A stretch of DNA of 64,000 nt from Sulfolobales archaeon (GTDB taxonomy: Archaea > Thermoproteota > Thermoprotei_A > Sulfolobales > NBVN01): contig JAWBTQ010000001.1 in assembly GCA_038841535.1 (NCBI GenBank), forward strand, positions 160,001-224,000. The letters run 5' to 3'. The notes below the pieces were generated by a model. The model saw nothing but the letters and a program-made list of their open reading frames with translations, was not told the DNA's origin and ran no database searches. Numbering within the stretch: position 1 is the first letter of the stretch; the number at the start of each line of letters is the position of its first letter. Shown piece by piece: positions 9,326-19,220 of this stretch. The translations under genes were made by a program, and so were the position numbers.

Positions 9326-10018
9326 CTAAGGAGTCTTTTTAGTAAGAACTACGAACGAGTTTAAACTGTTAGAGCGGCTTACGTACCCTGCAGAGATAAC
9401 CTTGAGGCCGACCGTTTCGACTATTTTCTTCAGGTCGCCTACTTCGTATAGGAAGTATCTTCTCACATAGGTTTTCTTGCGAGTCCTCCATTCAACTAGG
9501 TACTCGCAAGAGCCTCTGAAGCCGAGAAGCTTTTTAAGACAGTTTAATAGAGTTTGATTAACGAACCTCAGCTGCCTCTTCGACCACGAGGTCAGTACTG
9601 CCAGGCCTCCCGGCTTTAGTATTCTAAAGACTTCTCTAGCTAAATCAATTAGCTCATCTTTTGGTAAGTGATGGACTACTGCTATCGACAGCAAGCTATC
9701 CACTACTGAATCTCTTAGAGGTATCTTCGATGCGTCAGCAGCTATAAAGTCGACCTTGAAGAAGCCCCTTCTTCTCGATAGCTTCCTAGCCTCTACCAGC
9801 ATGGACGGAGCGATGTCGGTACAAACGAGGTAGCTAACCTCCTTTGTAAGTGCTAGCTGGAGTCCGTTAACGCAGTGACCAGATCCTAGGTCTAGAGCTA
9901 TCCCTCCCTCGAGTACCCTCACTAACTCCCACGCTCTACTCCTCCAGGATGTATAGCCTCCAGCTATCTCGTCGTAGACCTCCAAGACCTCGTAGACTAC
10001 CTCTCGCGAGCTAGGCAT
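9326..10018 (-). CDS. SAM-dependent methyltransferase, Trm9/ALKBH8-like
   Basis: VYDEIA...R..W N-terminus, LDLGSG, SIAVVHHL, RILKPGG, RRYFLY. Confidence 0.8.
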   Translation of the reverse strand: MPSSREVVYEVLEVYDEIAGGYTSWRSRAWELVRVLEGGIALDLGSGHCVNGLQLALTKEVSYLVCTDIAPSMLVEARKLSRRRGFFKVDFIAADASKIPLRDSVVDSLLSIAVVHHLPKDELIDLAREVFRILKPGGLAVLTSWSKRQLRFVNQTLLNCLKKLLGFRGSCEYLVEWRTRKKTYVRRYFLYEVGDLKKIVETVGLKVISAGYVSRSNSLNSFVVLTKKTP

Positions 10019-10673
10019 TTACATCTATGACCCACTTCTTCTTTATGCTGTCAAAGTAGGCGAGCCCCGAGCTCATCAAAGCTTTCAGCAGCTTTAGGTC
10101 CTCCTTGCTAAGCTCTTTACTTAAAGCTTCGTCAGAGCCTACAGTAACTTTCTCGACTTTCTCAACGAACTTACTGAAGTATTCTGGGTCAACAGCTACT
10201 CTCTCCTTCGCTAGCTCGATAACGACTGCACCACTCCTCCGCAACTTCTCAAAGAAGGCGTCTCTGTTTTTAATCTTACTAGCTATATCTGATTCAAACA
10301 TCATCCTCTGCTCTCTTAAAATGTCCATCGCCGACTTCCTGGTTTCACGCTTCTCCTCGGCTTTAGCTTGCTGAGATACGCGAGGTAAGTTCTTAATCTG
10401 GTCTTCTAAGTTCTGGACTCTAGCCGATAGGTCTTCTAGTACTTCGAGTAAGTGAGATATCTTTCTGTTTATTTCATCTATCTTCCCACTATAAGCGTTA
10501 ATCACGTCAATTACCGACTTAAGACTTTTGTCTTCAGCCTTATGTGGCTTTCCGGAAGATAGGGCGTTAGTGATTATCGTCAGGAGAGCGTCTTCAATCG
10601 GTAAGTCGGGATACATTTTACTTAAAGCCTCGACTTGCTCGGAGCTTAAGTTTAAAGCTATCTTAGGCATCAC
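10011..10673 (-). CDS. Hypothetical coiled-coil protein with possible N-terminal ribbon-helix-helix
   Basis: KIALNLS-EQVEAL N-terminus, central heptad repeats; overlaps the next start. Confidence 0.75.
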   Translation of the reverse strand: MMPKIALNLSSEQVEALSKMYPDLPIEDALLTIITNALSSGKPHKAEDKSLKSVIDVINAYSGKIDEINRKISHLLEVLEDLSARVQNLEDQIKNLPRVSQQAKAEEKRETRKSAMDILREQRMMFESDIASKIKNRDAFFEKLRRSGAVVIELAKERVAVDPEYFSKFVEKVEKVTVGSDEALSKELSKEDLKLLKALMSSGLAYFDSIKKKWVIDVNA

Positions 10674-10818
10674 TACCTTGTTTATGTGTGCTTTGTCAGT
10701 AATATATACTCAAGACCTCCACTCTCTAGAGCGAGGCCTCTACCACCCTATACTAGAGCCTTAGAGGTAATTCGAGGAGTAGATATAATTGCTGCTAGTG
10801 CTCTATCTCAGTGAGAAG

Positions 10819-11607
10819 ATGCTAGGCTACGACCCGGTTGAAGTGTCTAAGTCTGTCGAGCCCAAAGTATATGTAGAGAAAGCGGGTGCGAGTTACAGGA
10901 AGTATTTCAGGTTTAGAGTCGATAGATGGTACGGAGGTATCGTAACAGGCGACGTAGTCGGCTGCAACATGAGGTGCAGGTTCTGTTGGGCATGGTATTT
11001 CACATGGGGGGGTGTTAGTAGGGGAGATTTCTATACAGCAGACGAAGTTGCTAAAAAGCTGGTTAGCTTATCTGAGAGATCTGGATACCGGCGGGCTAGG
11101 TTAAGTGGGGGAGAGCCTACCATAGGGTTTAAACACCTTCTTGAAGTCGTAAGTCGAGTAACATCAAGTGGCTTGTGCTTCGTTCTTGAAACCAACGGCA
11201 TCCTTCTTGGCTCGTATAGGGAGTACAGCGAGTTAATGGGGAAGTTTAAGGGGAGTGGGTTAGAGGTTCGAGTGTCTATTAAGGGTACTTCCCCAGAGGA
11301 ATTTTACGAGTTAACAGGTGCGGAGCCGAGGTTTTGGTATATTCAGGTTGAGGCTCTTAAGAACCTAGTTGAGGTTGGACTAGAACCCGCGAGAGAGGTT
11401 TACCCAGCAGTTATGCTGAGCTTAAGTGGTGAGGAAGGTTTGAAGAGGTTCTCTAACGCTCTTCAGCTAATACATCCTGGACTTTCAGAAATCATTGACG
11501 AGGAGTATATAATCCTCTATAAACACGTTAAGGAACTCATGAAGAAGACTGGCTTAAGACCTAAGTACGTAGTTCTGCCAGATAGGATCCCAAGTGAGAT
11601 GATCTAG
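10819..11607 (+). CDS. Radical SAM protein
   Basis: GCNMRCRFCW, LSGGEP, LETNG motifs. Confidence 0.9.
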   Translation: MLGYDPVEVSKSVEPKVYVEKAGASYRKYFRFRVDRWYGGIVTGDVVGCNMRCRFCWAWYFTWGGVSRGDFYTADEVAKKLVSLSERSGYRRARLSGGEPTIGFKHLLEVVSRVTSSGLCFVLETNGILLGSYREYSELMGKFKGSGLEVRVSIKGTSPEEFYELTGAEPRFWYIQVEALKNLVEVGLEPAREVYPAVMLSLSGEEGLKRFSNALQLIHPGLSEIIDEEYIILYKHVKELMKKTGLRPKYVVLPDRIPSEMI

Positions 11608-13010
11608 GGTAAGATAGACCTCTCTATCGACTGTGGTTCAACACCACGAGCACTTAAGGACCTCAACAGCAGGCTTAGTACGGAGTCAACTAAGGATTTA
11701 AGTCCTTCTAAGTCCATAGCTTCAGCGTATAGCCTTATCTTCGGTTCAGTACCAGACGGTCTAATGAGGATCCACGAGGAATCCTCGAAGTCTATTCTAA
11801 GACCATCGATCTCTGTGATTTCGGCTTTCTCTGAGTGGCGGCTCTTCATTGCCTCAGCTACCTCCCAATAGATGTCTGTCTTGAGGTTTTCTGGGACTAC
11901 TATAGAGACCCTAGCTTGTGGGAAGTCGGGTATGTAGTTCAAGATCTGCTCCATGCTCTTTCCTTCCTCCATCATTAGCTTAGTTAAGTAAGCTGCTTGA
12001 TACACTCCGTCTATCCAGAGACCCCATCTAGGGTCTATGACCTTCCATGGCTCAGCAGCTAGAACGGTATTACCGTATTTTAGGAAGCCCTCATGCGTCT
12101 TTCCAAGCTTATAGAGAACTAGCTTACCTCCAGAATTCTCCACTACTCTTCTTACGGCATTACCGCAGTCTACGGAAGCCACTACTACTCCTTTTCTCTC
12201 CGATAAAATTCGGTGAGCAAATAGAGCTATTACCCGGTCTTGCTTAATGAAGCCACGGCTGGGGGTTACTACAGATAGCCTATCTCCATCTCCATCAAAA
12301 GCAAATAATGCGTCACATCCTACCGCAGATAAAACAGGGAACAAAGGCTCCAGTACGTCGGGTCTTGGCTCTGGATACCTACTAGGAAACCTTCCATCAA
12401 TGTTTCCGTTAATAACGAGTGTAGATGCCCCGATATCAGTTAAGACTTTGGGGGCAACTAAGACCGTGGGTCCGTTAGCTGTGTCTAAGACTACCCTAGG
12501 CTTATACTTAACGTACGGCACGCTCAGCAAGGACTCTAACTCGTTTATATAATCTTCTATGGGACTAAAGTTGGAATACGAACCTACTTCACTCCACGTA
12601 GCGTAACCTGCTCTATCTAACGCCTCCTCAATGCCTACCTCATCTATTGTAGTTACTTCAACTCCGCCCTTCTTGAACACCTTGAACCCGTTGTACTGCG
12701 GTGGATTGTGGGATGCTGTGACGTAGATACCTCCACCCAGGTTAAACCTCTTTATTGACCACGCGAGTACCCCTATCGGAGTTAGACCTAAATCTACTAC
12801 GGAAGCCCCCGAAGAAATTAGGCTAGATATTAGAGCAAAACTTAAAGCTTTAGACGAAGTCCTAGCATCGTGACCAACACTAAAGGGAGACCTATTAAAG
12901 TACTGAGCTATAGCCCTTCCTACTCTAACCATTAGCTCAGGATTCATTCTTTCCGGAAACACTCCTCTAACTCCTGAAGTACCGAATAGCTTGGGCAATA
13001 GTAGCACCAC
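11604..13010 (-). CDS. Phosphomannomutase/phosphoglucomutase family protein
   Basis: LFGTSGVRG, TASHNP, FDGDGDR, RPSGTEPKIR motifs. Confidence 0.95.
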   Translation of the reverse strand: MVLLLPKLFGTSGVRGVFPERMNPELMVRVGRAIAQYFNRSPFSVGHDARTSSKALSFALISSLISSGASVVDLGLTPIGVLAWSIKRFNLGGGIYVTASHNPPQYNGFKVFKKGGVEVTTIDEVGIEEALDRAGYATWSEVGSYSNFSPIEDYINELESLLSVPYVKYKPRVVLDTANGPTVLVAPKVLTDIGASTLVINGNIDGRFPSRYPEPRPDVLEPLFPVLSAVGCDALFAFDGDGDRLSVVTPSRGFIKQDRVIALFAHRILSERKGVVVASVDCGNAVRRVVENSGGKLVLYKLGKTHEGFLKYGNTVLAAEPWKVIDPRWGLWIDGVYQAAYLTKLMMEEGKSMEQILNYIPDFPQARVSIVVPENLKTDIYWEVAEAMKSRHSEKAEITEIDGLRIDFEDSSWILIRPSGTEPKIRLYAEAMDLEGLKSLVDSVLSLLLRSLSARGVEPQSIERSILP

Positions 13011-13189
13011 AAAGACTGAGGTTCAGCTCTTATATCAGTTTATAGAGGTTGCTCCTATAGCTCTTCTCTTCCCGCACCTAACCAGAGTCTCCGTTTACTA
13101 CAATGAGTACGAGACATTTCCTAACGCACTACATCTTGAATACTTAGTTGATCCACGGTTACGACCACATTATTAGCCTCGACAAGATC

Positions 13190-13760
13190 TCACGACATCA
13201 CCAATGAGCTCTAGTCGGCACGCTACTACATTATCTAAGCGCAAGAATTATATGAAGAGAAGCTTCTCGTAATAGCGACACATGAAAGATAAATCAAGTA
13301 GCACAGACCTATCCTAAAGAGGCTTACTCTGTGAACAGACAAGTATGACTATAGACTTGGGATAGCCGAGTTAGCCAAAGAACATGACTCTCCCGTATTT
13401 CTCGAAGACCTGAACATGCTTAGGGGCAGAGCTGACTGAAACAGCGTATTCGACAAGAAACTGTCCTTATGGTTCTACAGGAGGATACCGTTTGCTACAA
13501 GTTACAAAGCTCTATAGAGAGGGCTTAAGGTTAAATATATTAATCCGTGGAAAACTTCATCTTCTTGCTCGAGGTGCGGAAGCAAGCTACTAGACGGCGG
13601 AATCAGGGCGACGTACTGCGATAAATGCGGATTCGTAGGGAATAGAGACTTGGTCGCATGCGTAAACCTGTTCCTCAGGTACGCAAGATGTTGGGTGCTC
13701 GGGGACACTCTGAATGCCCCCAAACACGATGAAAACCCGAGCGGAATGCGGGAAAAATGA
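13190..13760 (+). pseudogene. tnpB: tnpB pseudogene (RuvC-II, zinc finger, RuvC-III)
   Basis: One frame reads IAELAKEHDSPVFLEDL...AD*...LWFYRRI...YKAL*RGLKVKYINPWKTSSSCSRCG...CDKCGFVGNRDLVACVNL with two in-frame stops. The 5' part is decayed and its boundary approximate. Confidence 0.9.
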
Positions 13761-13832
13761 GGTGATGATACCACCTGATATAAACCAGCACCAGAGCTAG
13801 ACCATCGTCCATCAGGGCAGGTAGGAGATCAG
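13684..13832 (+). mobile_element. Family A omegaRNA-like region (copy A1) plus IS200/IS605-type right end
   Basis: caagatg...gagctagacc aligns with 51862-51986, 62950-63073 and 19853-19943. It is followed by a decayed subterminal hairpin and ggagatcag. Confidence 0.75.
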
Positions 13833-13892
13833 ATACGCTGATTACTGGCACTGAAATGGAGTTGCTGTAGATCCGCACTCATAAGTAGGTCA

Positions 13893-14435
13893 CTAACCGC
13901 CAGGGACTCTTGCGAGTTCATGTGGTTTAAGTACTGAAACGGTTGCTACCCTCGCTAAACCTATTTTGATCACTCTAACGTATACGACCCACTCGGGGTT
14001 CTCTAGGTTCACTGGTCTATCGACTTCGCTGGCTATCTCTCTTACGGCCGTGTCAGTACTTAACTCGATGGAGTAGTCTCCCCTTATTTCCTCTAAGTGT
14101 CCTTGGAGAGTTACTCTGAAGGTTTCACCTTGAGGTATTCTACCTACGAGTTTCCTTACTGCTTCTCTCACAGATGCGATATCTGCTCTAACAACGTAAT
14201 CAACCGGTATAGCTTTTATTATTGGTACTCCTGCTTCGCGAGAACCCCCTCTAATGGTTTCAGCACATAAGTGGGGATCATCTAAGCACTTGTACAACAC
14301 TACCGATTGATACGAGTAAGCATAAATGACTTTACTCCCAAGAAGCTGCTTAACGTAGTTTCTTACTCTCTCATAGTTCTCGATCCCCGGTTCGTGAACC
14401 ACTATGAGATTGAAGTCGGGAACACTCAACCTCAT
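13893..14435 (-). CDS. THUMP domain protein
   Basis: KAIPVD, ETFRVTL, VNLENPEWVVYV. Confidence 0.85.
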   Translation of the reverse strand: MRLSVPDFNLIVVHEPGIENYERVRNYVKQLLGSKVIYAYSYQSVVLYKCLDDPHLCAETIRGGSREAGVPIIKAIPVDYVVRADIASVREAVRKLVGRIPQGETFRVTLQGHLEEIRGDYSIELSTDTAVREIASEVDRPVNLENPEWVVYVRVIKIGLARVATVSVLKPHELARVPGG

Positions 14436-14511
14436 ACGTACCTCTCTGTATTACGTGGTTACTACTTTTTAAAAACGCTCTACTACCTAGAGTTAAGTCG
14501 AGGCGAGGGCC

Positions 14512-15183
14512 GTGGGGTTACCCGAGCTAAAGGACTTCAAGAGAGAGTGGTCAGGTAAAGAAAAAACAGTTGGCGATGTATTCAAGAAGCTATTCAGTAG
14601 AGAGAGACCCATAAGGTATAGACTCGCAAGTGCGAGATACAGGATAAACTCTATGGTGAGAAAGCTCGAAGTATATGGTGAAAAACTGAGGTCTAGAGAC
14701 CAAGACCTATTCAACAAAGTAGTAGATGCTCTAATGGTTAAAGACCAGATAAGGGCGACTATGTTCGCCAACGAGGTAGCTGAGATTAGGAAGATAGCTA
14801 AAGCGGTATTCCTGACTCAGGTGGCCTTAGAGCAGATATCTCTAAGGCTGGAGTCTATACAAGAACTTGGAGACATAGCGATCAACTTAGCTCCCGTAGT
14901 AGAACTCATTAAGGACCTTAGAGTGGCGATAAAGGATGTCTTACCCGAAATCGGGATAGAGCTAGGTGAAGTACACGACATATTAAACGAGACTATGATT
15001 GAGATAGGTGAAGTAGTTGGAATTCCAGGCTCTGGAATAGCTGCATCAGCTGAAGCAAAGAAGATACTCGAAGAAGCCAAAGTAGTCGCCGAACAGAGAA
15101 TGAAGGAGATGTTCCCAACACTCCCGTCCCCAATTACTACTATACCGCAGACGCAGTCTGCTCCCGCTGAGCAGGGTCACTGA
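14512..15183 (+). CDS. CdvB/ESCRT-III (Snf7) paralog
   Basis: RD..LF.KVV.A...D..RA.MFANEVAEIRK, LEQISLRLESI, EAKKILEEA motifs. Confidence 0.88.
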   Translation: MGLPELKDFKREWSGKEKTVGDVFKKLFSRERPIRYRLASARYRINSMVRKLEVYGEKLRSRDQDLFNKVVDALMVKDQIRATMFANEVAEIRKIAKAVFLTQVALEQISLRLESIQELGDIAINLAPVVELIKDLRVAIKDVLPEIGIELGEVHDILNETMIEIGEVVGIPGSGIAASAEAKKILEEAKVVAEQRMKEMFPTLPSPITTIPQTQSAPAEQGH

Positions 15184-15357
15184 TCTCTTCATCACTAATT
15201 TTTAAGCATGCTACTTTGTTTCAAGATCAAACATACTGTTTTGTTTTAATTACATAGAAGTTAAATAGCTGACTACGCACAGAACCTCTATAAGACGTAC
15301 CAAATTTATGAGGAAGACTCAACACACTAACGCGACAACCAAGTCTAAAAACCTCCA

Positions 15358-16746
15358 TTATTGAGAGTACCCGATCATGGCCTCGACTTCAAGCTCCCGT
15401 ATTTTCTTCATGTATTCGCCGTAGTACTCCCTAAAGAAGTCATTGGCGGCGTCCGGGAAGAGGCAATAAGTCACTATGTTCTCGTCCGTGAGTGGTATAT
15501 CCATCTTCTTTACTTCTTCGTAGCACTTATCGAGCTCTGGTTCTAGGATGTCCGCCGGTCTCACCTCAATCTCCTTTATGTTTTTAAGCACCCTCTCTTT
15601 TATCTCGGGATTGATTTTACCTGGAGGTCTCCCGTAGTAACCGGCGACATACTCCATGACTTCTCTTGCTATCACTTTGTACCTCCCGAGTAGGACGTTT
15701 AGAACTGCTTGAGTTCCCACTATTTGGGACAGGGGAGTAACTAGGGGCGGCCACCCTAGATCCTCCCTAGTTTTAGGTACTTCAACTAGAACCTCCCTCA
15801 ACCTATGCTCAGCTTTTAAGTCCTTTAGCTGAGCTATTAGGTTAGTTACCATACCACCGGGGATTTGGTGTATTAGCACGTTGTGATCTGGCATCAGTGC
15901 CTTAAATGTGAGTAGCTTTGAGTACTTCTGAGTGATTAAATTTTCTAAGTACTCCGAAATCTCACTTATGACACTAAGATCTACTTTCGGCCGTAAGTCT
16001 TCCCTCAGCGAGAAATAGACGGACTGAATGCCTGGTTGTGCTGTGCCAAAAGCTAGCGGACTTATAGCTGTATCTATGAAGTCCGCCCCGGCTTCAACGG
16101 ATTTTACGTATGTAGCAACAGCCATCCCACTCGTTGTGTGAGTATGGACGTTTACTGGTATTTTAAACCGCGACCTTAGCTCACTAACTAGAGTATATGC
16201 TGTATAAGGGTCTAGTATTCCCGCCATATCCTTTATAGTGATCACGTCAACTTCCAGAGCTACTAGCTCTTCGGCGTACTTCATGTAGTAGTCTATAGTG
16301 TGTATCGGGCTTATCGTATAGCATATAGCCCCCTGCACTATAGCACCAACGGACTTAGCCTTCTTAACACTAGTAATCAGATTGCGGGAGTCGTTCAGGG
16401 CGTCGAATACGCGGAATATATCTATGCCGTTCTCGTAGGCGAGTTCAACGAACTTAATTACGACGTCGTCGGGGTAATGCCGGTAGCCAACTAGGTTCTG
16501 ACCTCTAAGAAGCATCTGTAGCTTTGTCTTTTTAACATTCTCGCGAATCGTCCTTAGCCTTTCCCAAGGGTCTTCCCTAAGGTATCTAACGGTTACGTCG
16601 AATGTGGCACCTCCCCAGACCTCGAGACTGAAGAAGCCGGCTCTATCTATTTTTTCTAGTATGGGAACCATGTCTTCTGTTTTAAACCTTGTCGCAAGTA
16701 GTGATTGATGCGCGTCCCGTAGTGTCGTATCTATTATCGTAACCAT
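15358..16746 (-). CDS. Pyruvate/oxaloacetate carboxyltransferase subunit without biotinyl domain
   Basis: DTTLRDAHQSL, IKDMAG, HTHTT, HQIPGGM, PLVTPLSQIVG; no AMKM motif. Confidence 0.92.
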   Translation of the reverse strand: MVTIIDTTLRDAHQSLLATRFKTEDMVPILEKIDRAGFFSLEVWGGATFDVTVRYLREDPWERLRTIRENVKKTKLQMLLRGQNLVGYRHYPDDVVIKFVELAYENGIDIFRVFDALNDSRNLITSVKKAKSVGAIVQGAICYTISPIHTIDYYMKYAEELVALEVDVITIKDMAGILDPYTAYTLVSELRSRFKIPVNVHTHTTSGMAVATYVKSVEAGADFIDTAISPLAFGTAQPGIQSVYFSLREDLRPKVDLSVISEISEYLENLITQKYSKLLTFKALMPDHNVLIHQIPGGMVTNLIAQLKDLKAEHRLREVLVEVPKTREDLGWPPLVTPLSQIVGTQAVLNVLLGRYKVIAREVMEYVAGYYGRPPGKINPEIKERVLKNIKEIEVRPADILEPELDKCYEEVKKMDIPLTDENIVTYCLFPDAANDFFREYYGEYMKKIRELEVEAMIGYSQ

Positions 16747-16837
16747 GCTTCCCTAGCATTTATTGCTTGTTGTAAAATAAGCCCGTCGCATTTTGTGAAT
16801 TTTTATGCTGTAAAGACCCTAGATACAAGGTGTGCTC

Positions 16838-17155
16838 ATGGGCAGGAGAAAAAAGAGGAGGAAAGTAGTAAAAATTGTTAGAAGACTGCCAAAGCTGTTT
16901 CAGTGTCCTGCGTGTGGGCAGGTAACTCTAACTGTCGGTATGGATGAAATCGAGACGGATACCGGACTAGCTAAAATCGCTCAAATAGTTTGTAATAATC
17001 CCTCATGTTGCTTAAAGACAGAGCTCTCTGGTTTACCTATGATATTTGAACCAGTAGATGCGTATCACAGGTTCCTAGACCTCTATAATGCTGGTGAAAT
17101 AGGTGTTAGATTTGAGTGTCTCTCTGAGAGCGAGGAGAGAAGACAGAGTGAGTAA
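16838..17155 (+). CDS. elf1: Transcription elongation factor Elf1
   Basis: MGRRKKRRK, LPKLFQCPAC, second Cys pair, EPVDAY. Confidence 0.88.
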   Translation: MGRRKKRRKVVKIVRRLPKLFQCPACGQVTLTVGMDEIETDTGLAKIAQIVCNNPSCCLKTELSGLPMIFEPVDAYHRFLDLYNAGEIGVRFECLSESEERRQSE

Positions 17156-17894
17156 GTATATTAGAGATAGAGTTAGAGAAGGTCGGACACTTCACTTTAC
17201 GCTAATAGATCCAGCAAAACTGCCGGACTTGAGCTCTGCTGAGAAGATAGGTGGCTCACTAGTTGCTGCTGGAACAGACTGCTTTATGATAGGTGGCTCA
17301 CTCGGCGTCTCTGAGAGAGATGTAGACGAAATAGCGATCAAACTAAGGAATTTCGGTATTCCTTTAATCGCCTTTCCCGGAAACATTAGTGGGCTCTCGA
17401 GGTACGTCGATGCCGTTCTCTTTATGTCCCTACTGAACTCCGAAGATCCTTACTACATAGTGGGAGCTCAAGTGGCTGGTGCTGTTGTAGTTGCTAGGTA
17501 CGGTATCGAGGCTCTACCAACAGGTTATATTGTTGTTGGACACGGTGGAACTGCTGGCTACGTAGGTAGGGCTAGACCCATACCCTACGAAAAGCACGAA
17601 ATAGTGGTTGCTTACGCACTAGCAGCTTATATGCTTGGAATGAACTATATCTACCTCGAAGCTGGCTCTGGGGCACCTCAGCCTGTTTCGCGAGAATCAG
17701 TTAAACTTGTTAAGACAGTAGTACCCGATGCTATCCTCATCGTAGGTGGTGGTATAAGAGACCCGGATACAGCTGTCAGACTAGCCCAAGCAGGTGCTGA
17801 TGTGATTGTGACTGGCAACATAGTTGAGGACAGCCTCGAGAAGGCAATCAGCATAGTTAAAGCAATTAAGAGTGTTAGAAAAAGCTCTTCTTAG
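17148..17894 (+). CDS. Geranylgeranylglyceryl phosphate synthase
   Basis: HFTLIDP, IGGS, FPG, LNS, YLEAGSGA, VGGGIR, VTGN motifs. Confidence 0.95.
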   Translation: MSKYIRDRVREGRTLHFTLIDPAKLPDLSSAEKIGGSLVAAGTDCFMIGGSLGVSERDVDEIAIKLRNFGIPLIAFPGNISGLSRYVDAVLFMSLLNSEDPYYIVGAQVAGAVVVARYGIEALPTGYIVVGHGGTAGYVGRARPIPYEKHEIVVAYALAAYMLGMNYIYLEAGSGAPQPVSRESVKLVKTVVPDAILIVGGGIRDPDTAVRLAQAGADVIVTGNIVEDSLEKAISIVKAIKSVRKSSS

Positions 17895-17925
17895 TTACAC
17901 TGCCCGACGACGCTGTATTCACAAG

Positions 17926-19050
17926 TCAAACAGATATAGAGATGCTTGCTTTAACGGCGGTACCTATTCCAAGTGTGATAACCTCGGTCCCTATTAGTAC
18001 GTAGCTATCTTTAGATATTCCGCTAAGTTTTATTTCTCCAGAGTATTCGATCGCTAACTGCCCGGGTTGAGAGAGGTATAGAACCTCTCTCGAGAGCCAC
18101 GGCTCGTGGTCTACTGCCGGTGGCTGGTATATTGCTGCAGGTAGTTGGAGTCCTGTTTTTCCTGGGATTACGTAGTATACAACTAGTATCCTAGGATAGT
18201 ACTGTGTTATAGAGGTATTACTAATTTCAACACGCACACTCACCTTGACCTCAGAGTCGCTGCCTTTAACTACCCTTAATACCTGAGTTAAAGCTACTGG
18301 ATTCTGACTAACTCCAGTAACGAGTATGGCTTGATTAGGGTAAACTACAAGGTATTCCCCGTCGACTCTCCAATGATTCCCGGTCTGAATACTGTATGTT
18401 AAACCCGTGAAATAGAATACTGCGTTACCCTGGAATAGGGGTCTATACCCGGTATCTGCGTAGGTAGGTGGCTGGCTCATAGCCGTTCTCGCGTGTATAG
18501 GACCGTACGCTAGGTACTCGGCGTAATTCAGCACATGCGCTATAGATAGCTTGTAACCTACGTTTTCTAAAACTATCTTGCCCGAGTCTAGCTCCCCGAG
18601 GCTCTGAAGTGGGATTACTAGAAACTTACCACCCTCTAAGATCAACAGTAGTGAGTCCCCGCCACTAGCTGACGTAGAAAACACTATCTCTTCTTCGACT
18701 AAACCACCTCCATAACCCTCAACTATAGTGCCATTTCTGGTCAAGTACGCAGCTAGTATCTTAATGGGTAAGCTAGTTACTAGCTTAATAGAGCCGTTGG
18801 ATAGCCTTAAGGCATGGATCTCCGCAGAGCTCGCTCTACTTATAGCTCCAGCTACGTCTACGAGGTATCTACTACTGTTCGAGATGCTGTATAGCACGGC
18901 AGCTACTACCTGAGAAAGCGCTAATAGAGCTATTATCGAAGCTGCTAGAGTAGATACGGACCCTCGAGTAAGGAGTTTGTGCTTTTTACATACTAAGTTC
19001 AACAGACGAACATGGTAGCACTTAACTGCTTCAAGCACTCTACCCACCAA
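17926..19050 (-). CDS. Hypothetical membrane-anchored/surface protein
   Basis: Basic stretch, RG, then a hydrophobic helix and a beta-rich remainder. True start probably downstream of 19050. Confidence 0.7.
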   Translation of the reverse strand: MVGRVLEAVKCYHVRLLNLVCKKHKLLTRGSVSTLAASIIALLALSQVVAAVLYSISNSSRYLVDVAGAISRASSAEIHALRLSNGSIKLVTSLPIKILAAYLTRNGTIVEGYGGGLVEEEIVFSTSASGGDSLLLILEGGKFLVIPLQSLGELDSGKIVLENVGYKLSIAHVLNYAEYLAYGPIHARTAMSQPPTYADTGYRPLFQGNAVFYFTGLTYSIQTGNHWRVDGEYLVVYPNQAILVTGVSQNPVALTQVLRVVKGSDSEVKVSVRVEISNTSITQYYPRILVVYYVIPGKTGLQLPAAIYQPPAVDHEPWLSREVLYLSQPGQLAIEYSGEIKLSGISKDSYVLIGTEVITLGIGTAVKASISISV

Positions 19051-19141
19051 CTGAAAGAAAACCTAATAAAAAGCTCTCCACTTGTCGTGTGTAATCTGCC
19101 TGAGAAAAATACATAAAAAGCAGTTATTGCTATAAACCTTG

Positions 19142-19220
19142 GCGGCGGTCGTCTAGCCTGGTCTAGGACGCCGGCCTCCCAAGCCGGCGATCCCGGGTTC
19201 AAATCCCGGCCGCCGCACCA
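19142..19220 (+). tRNA. tRNA-Gly(CCC), CCA encoded
   Basis: GCGGCGG...CCGGC-CT-CCC-AA-GCCGG...CCGGG-TTCAAAT-CCCGG-CCGCCGC-A-CCA. Confidence 0.96.
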
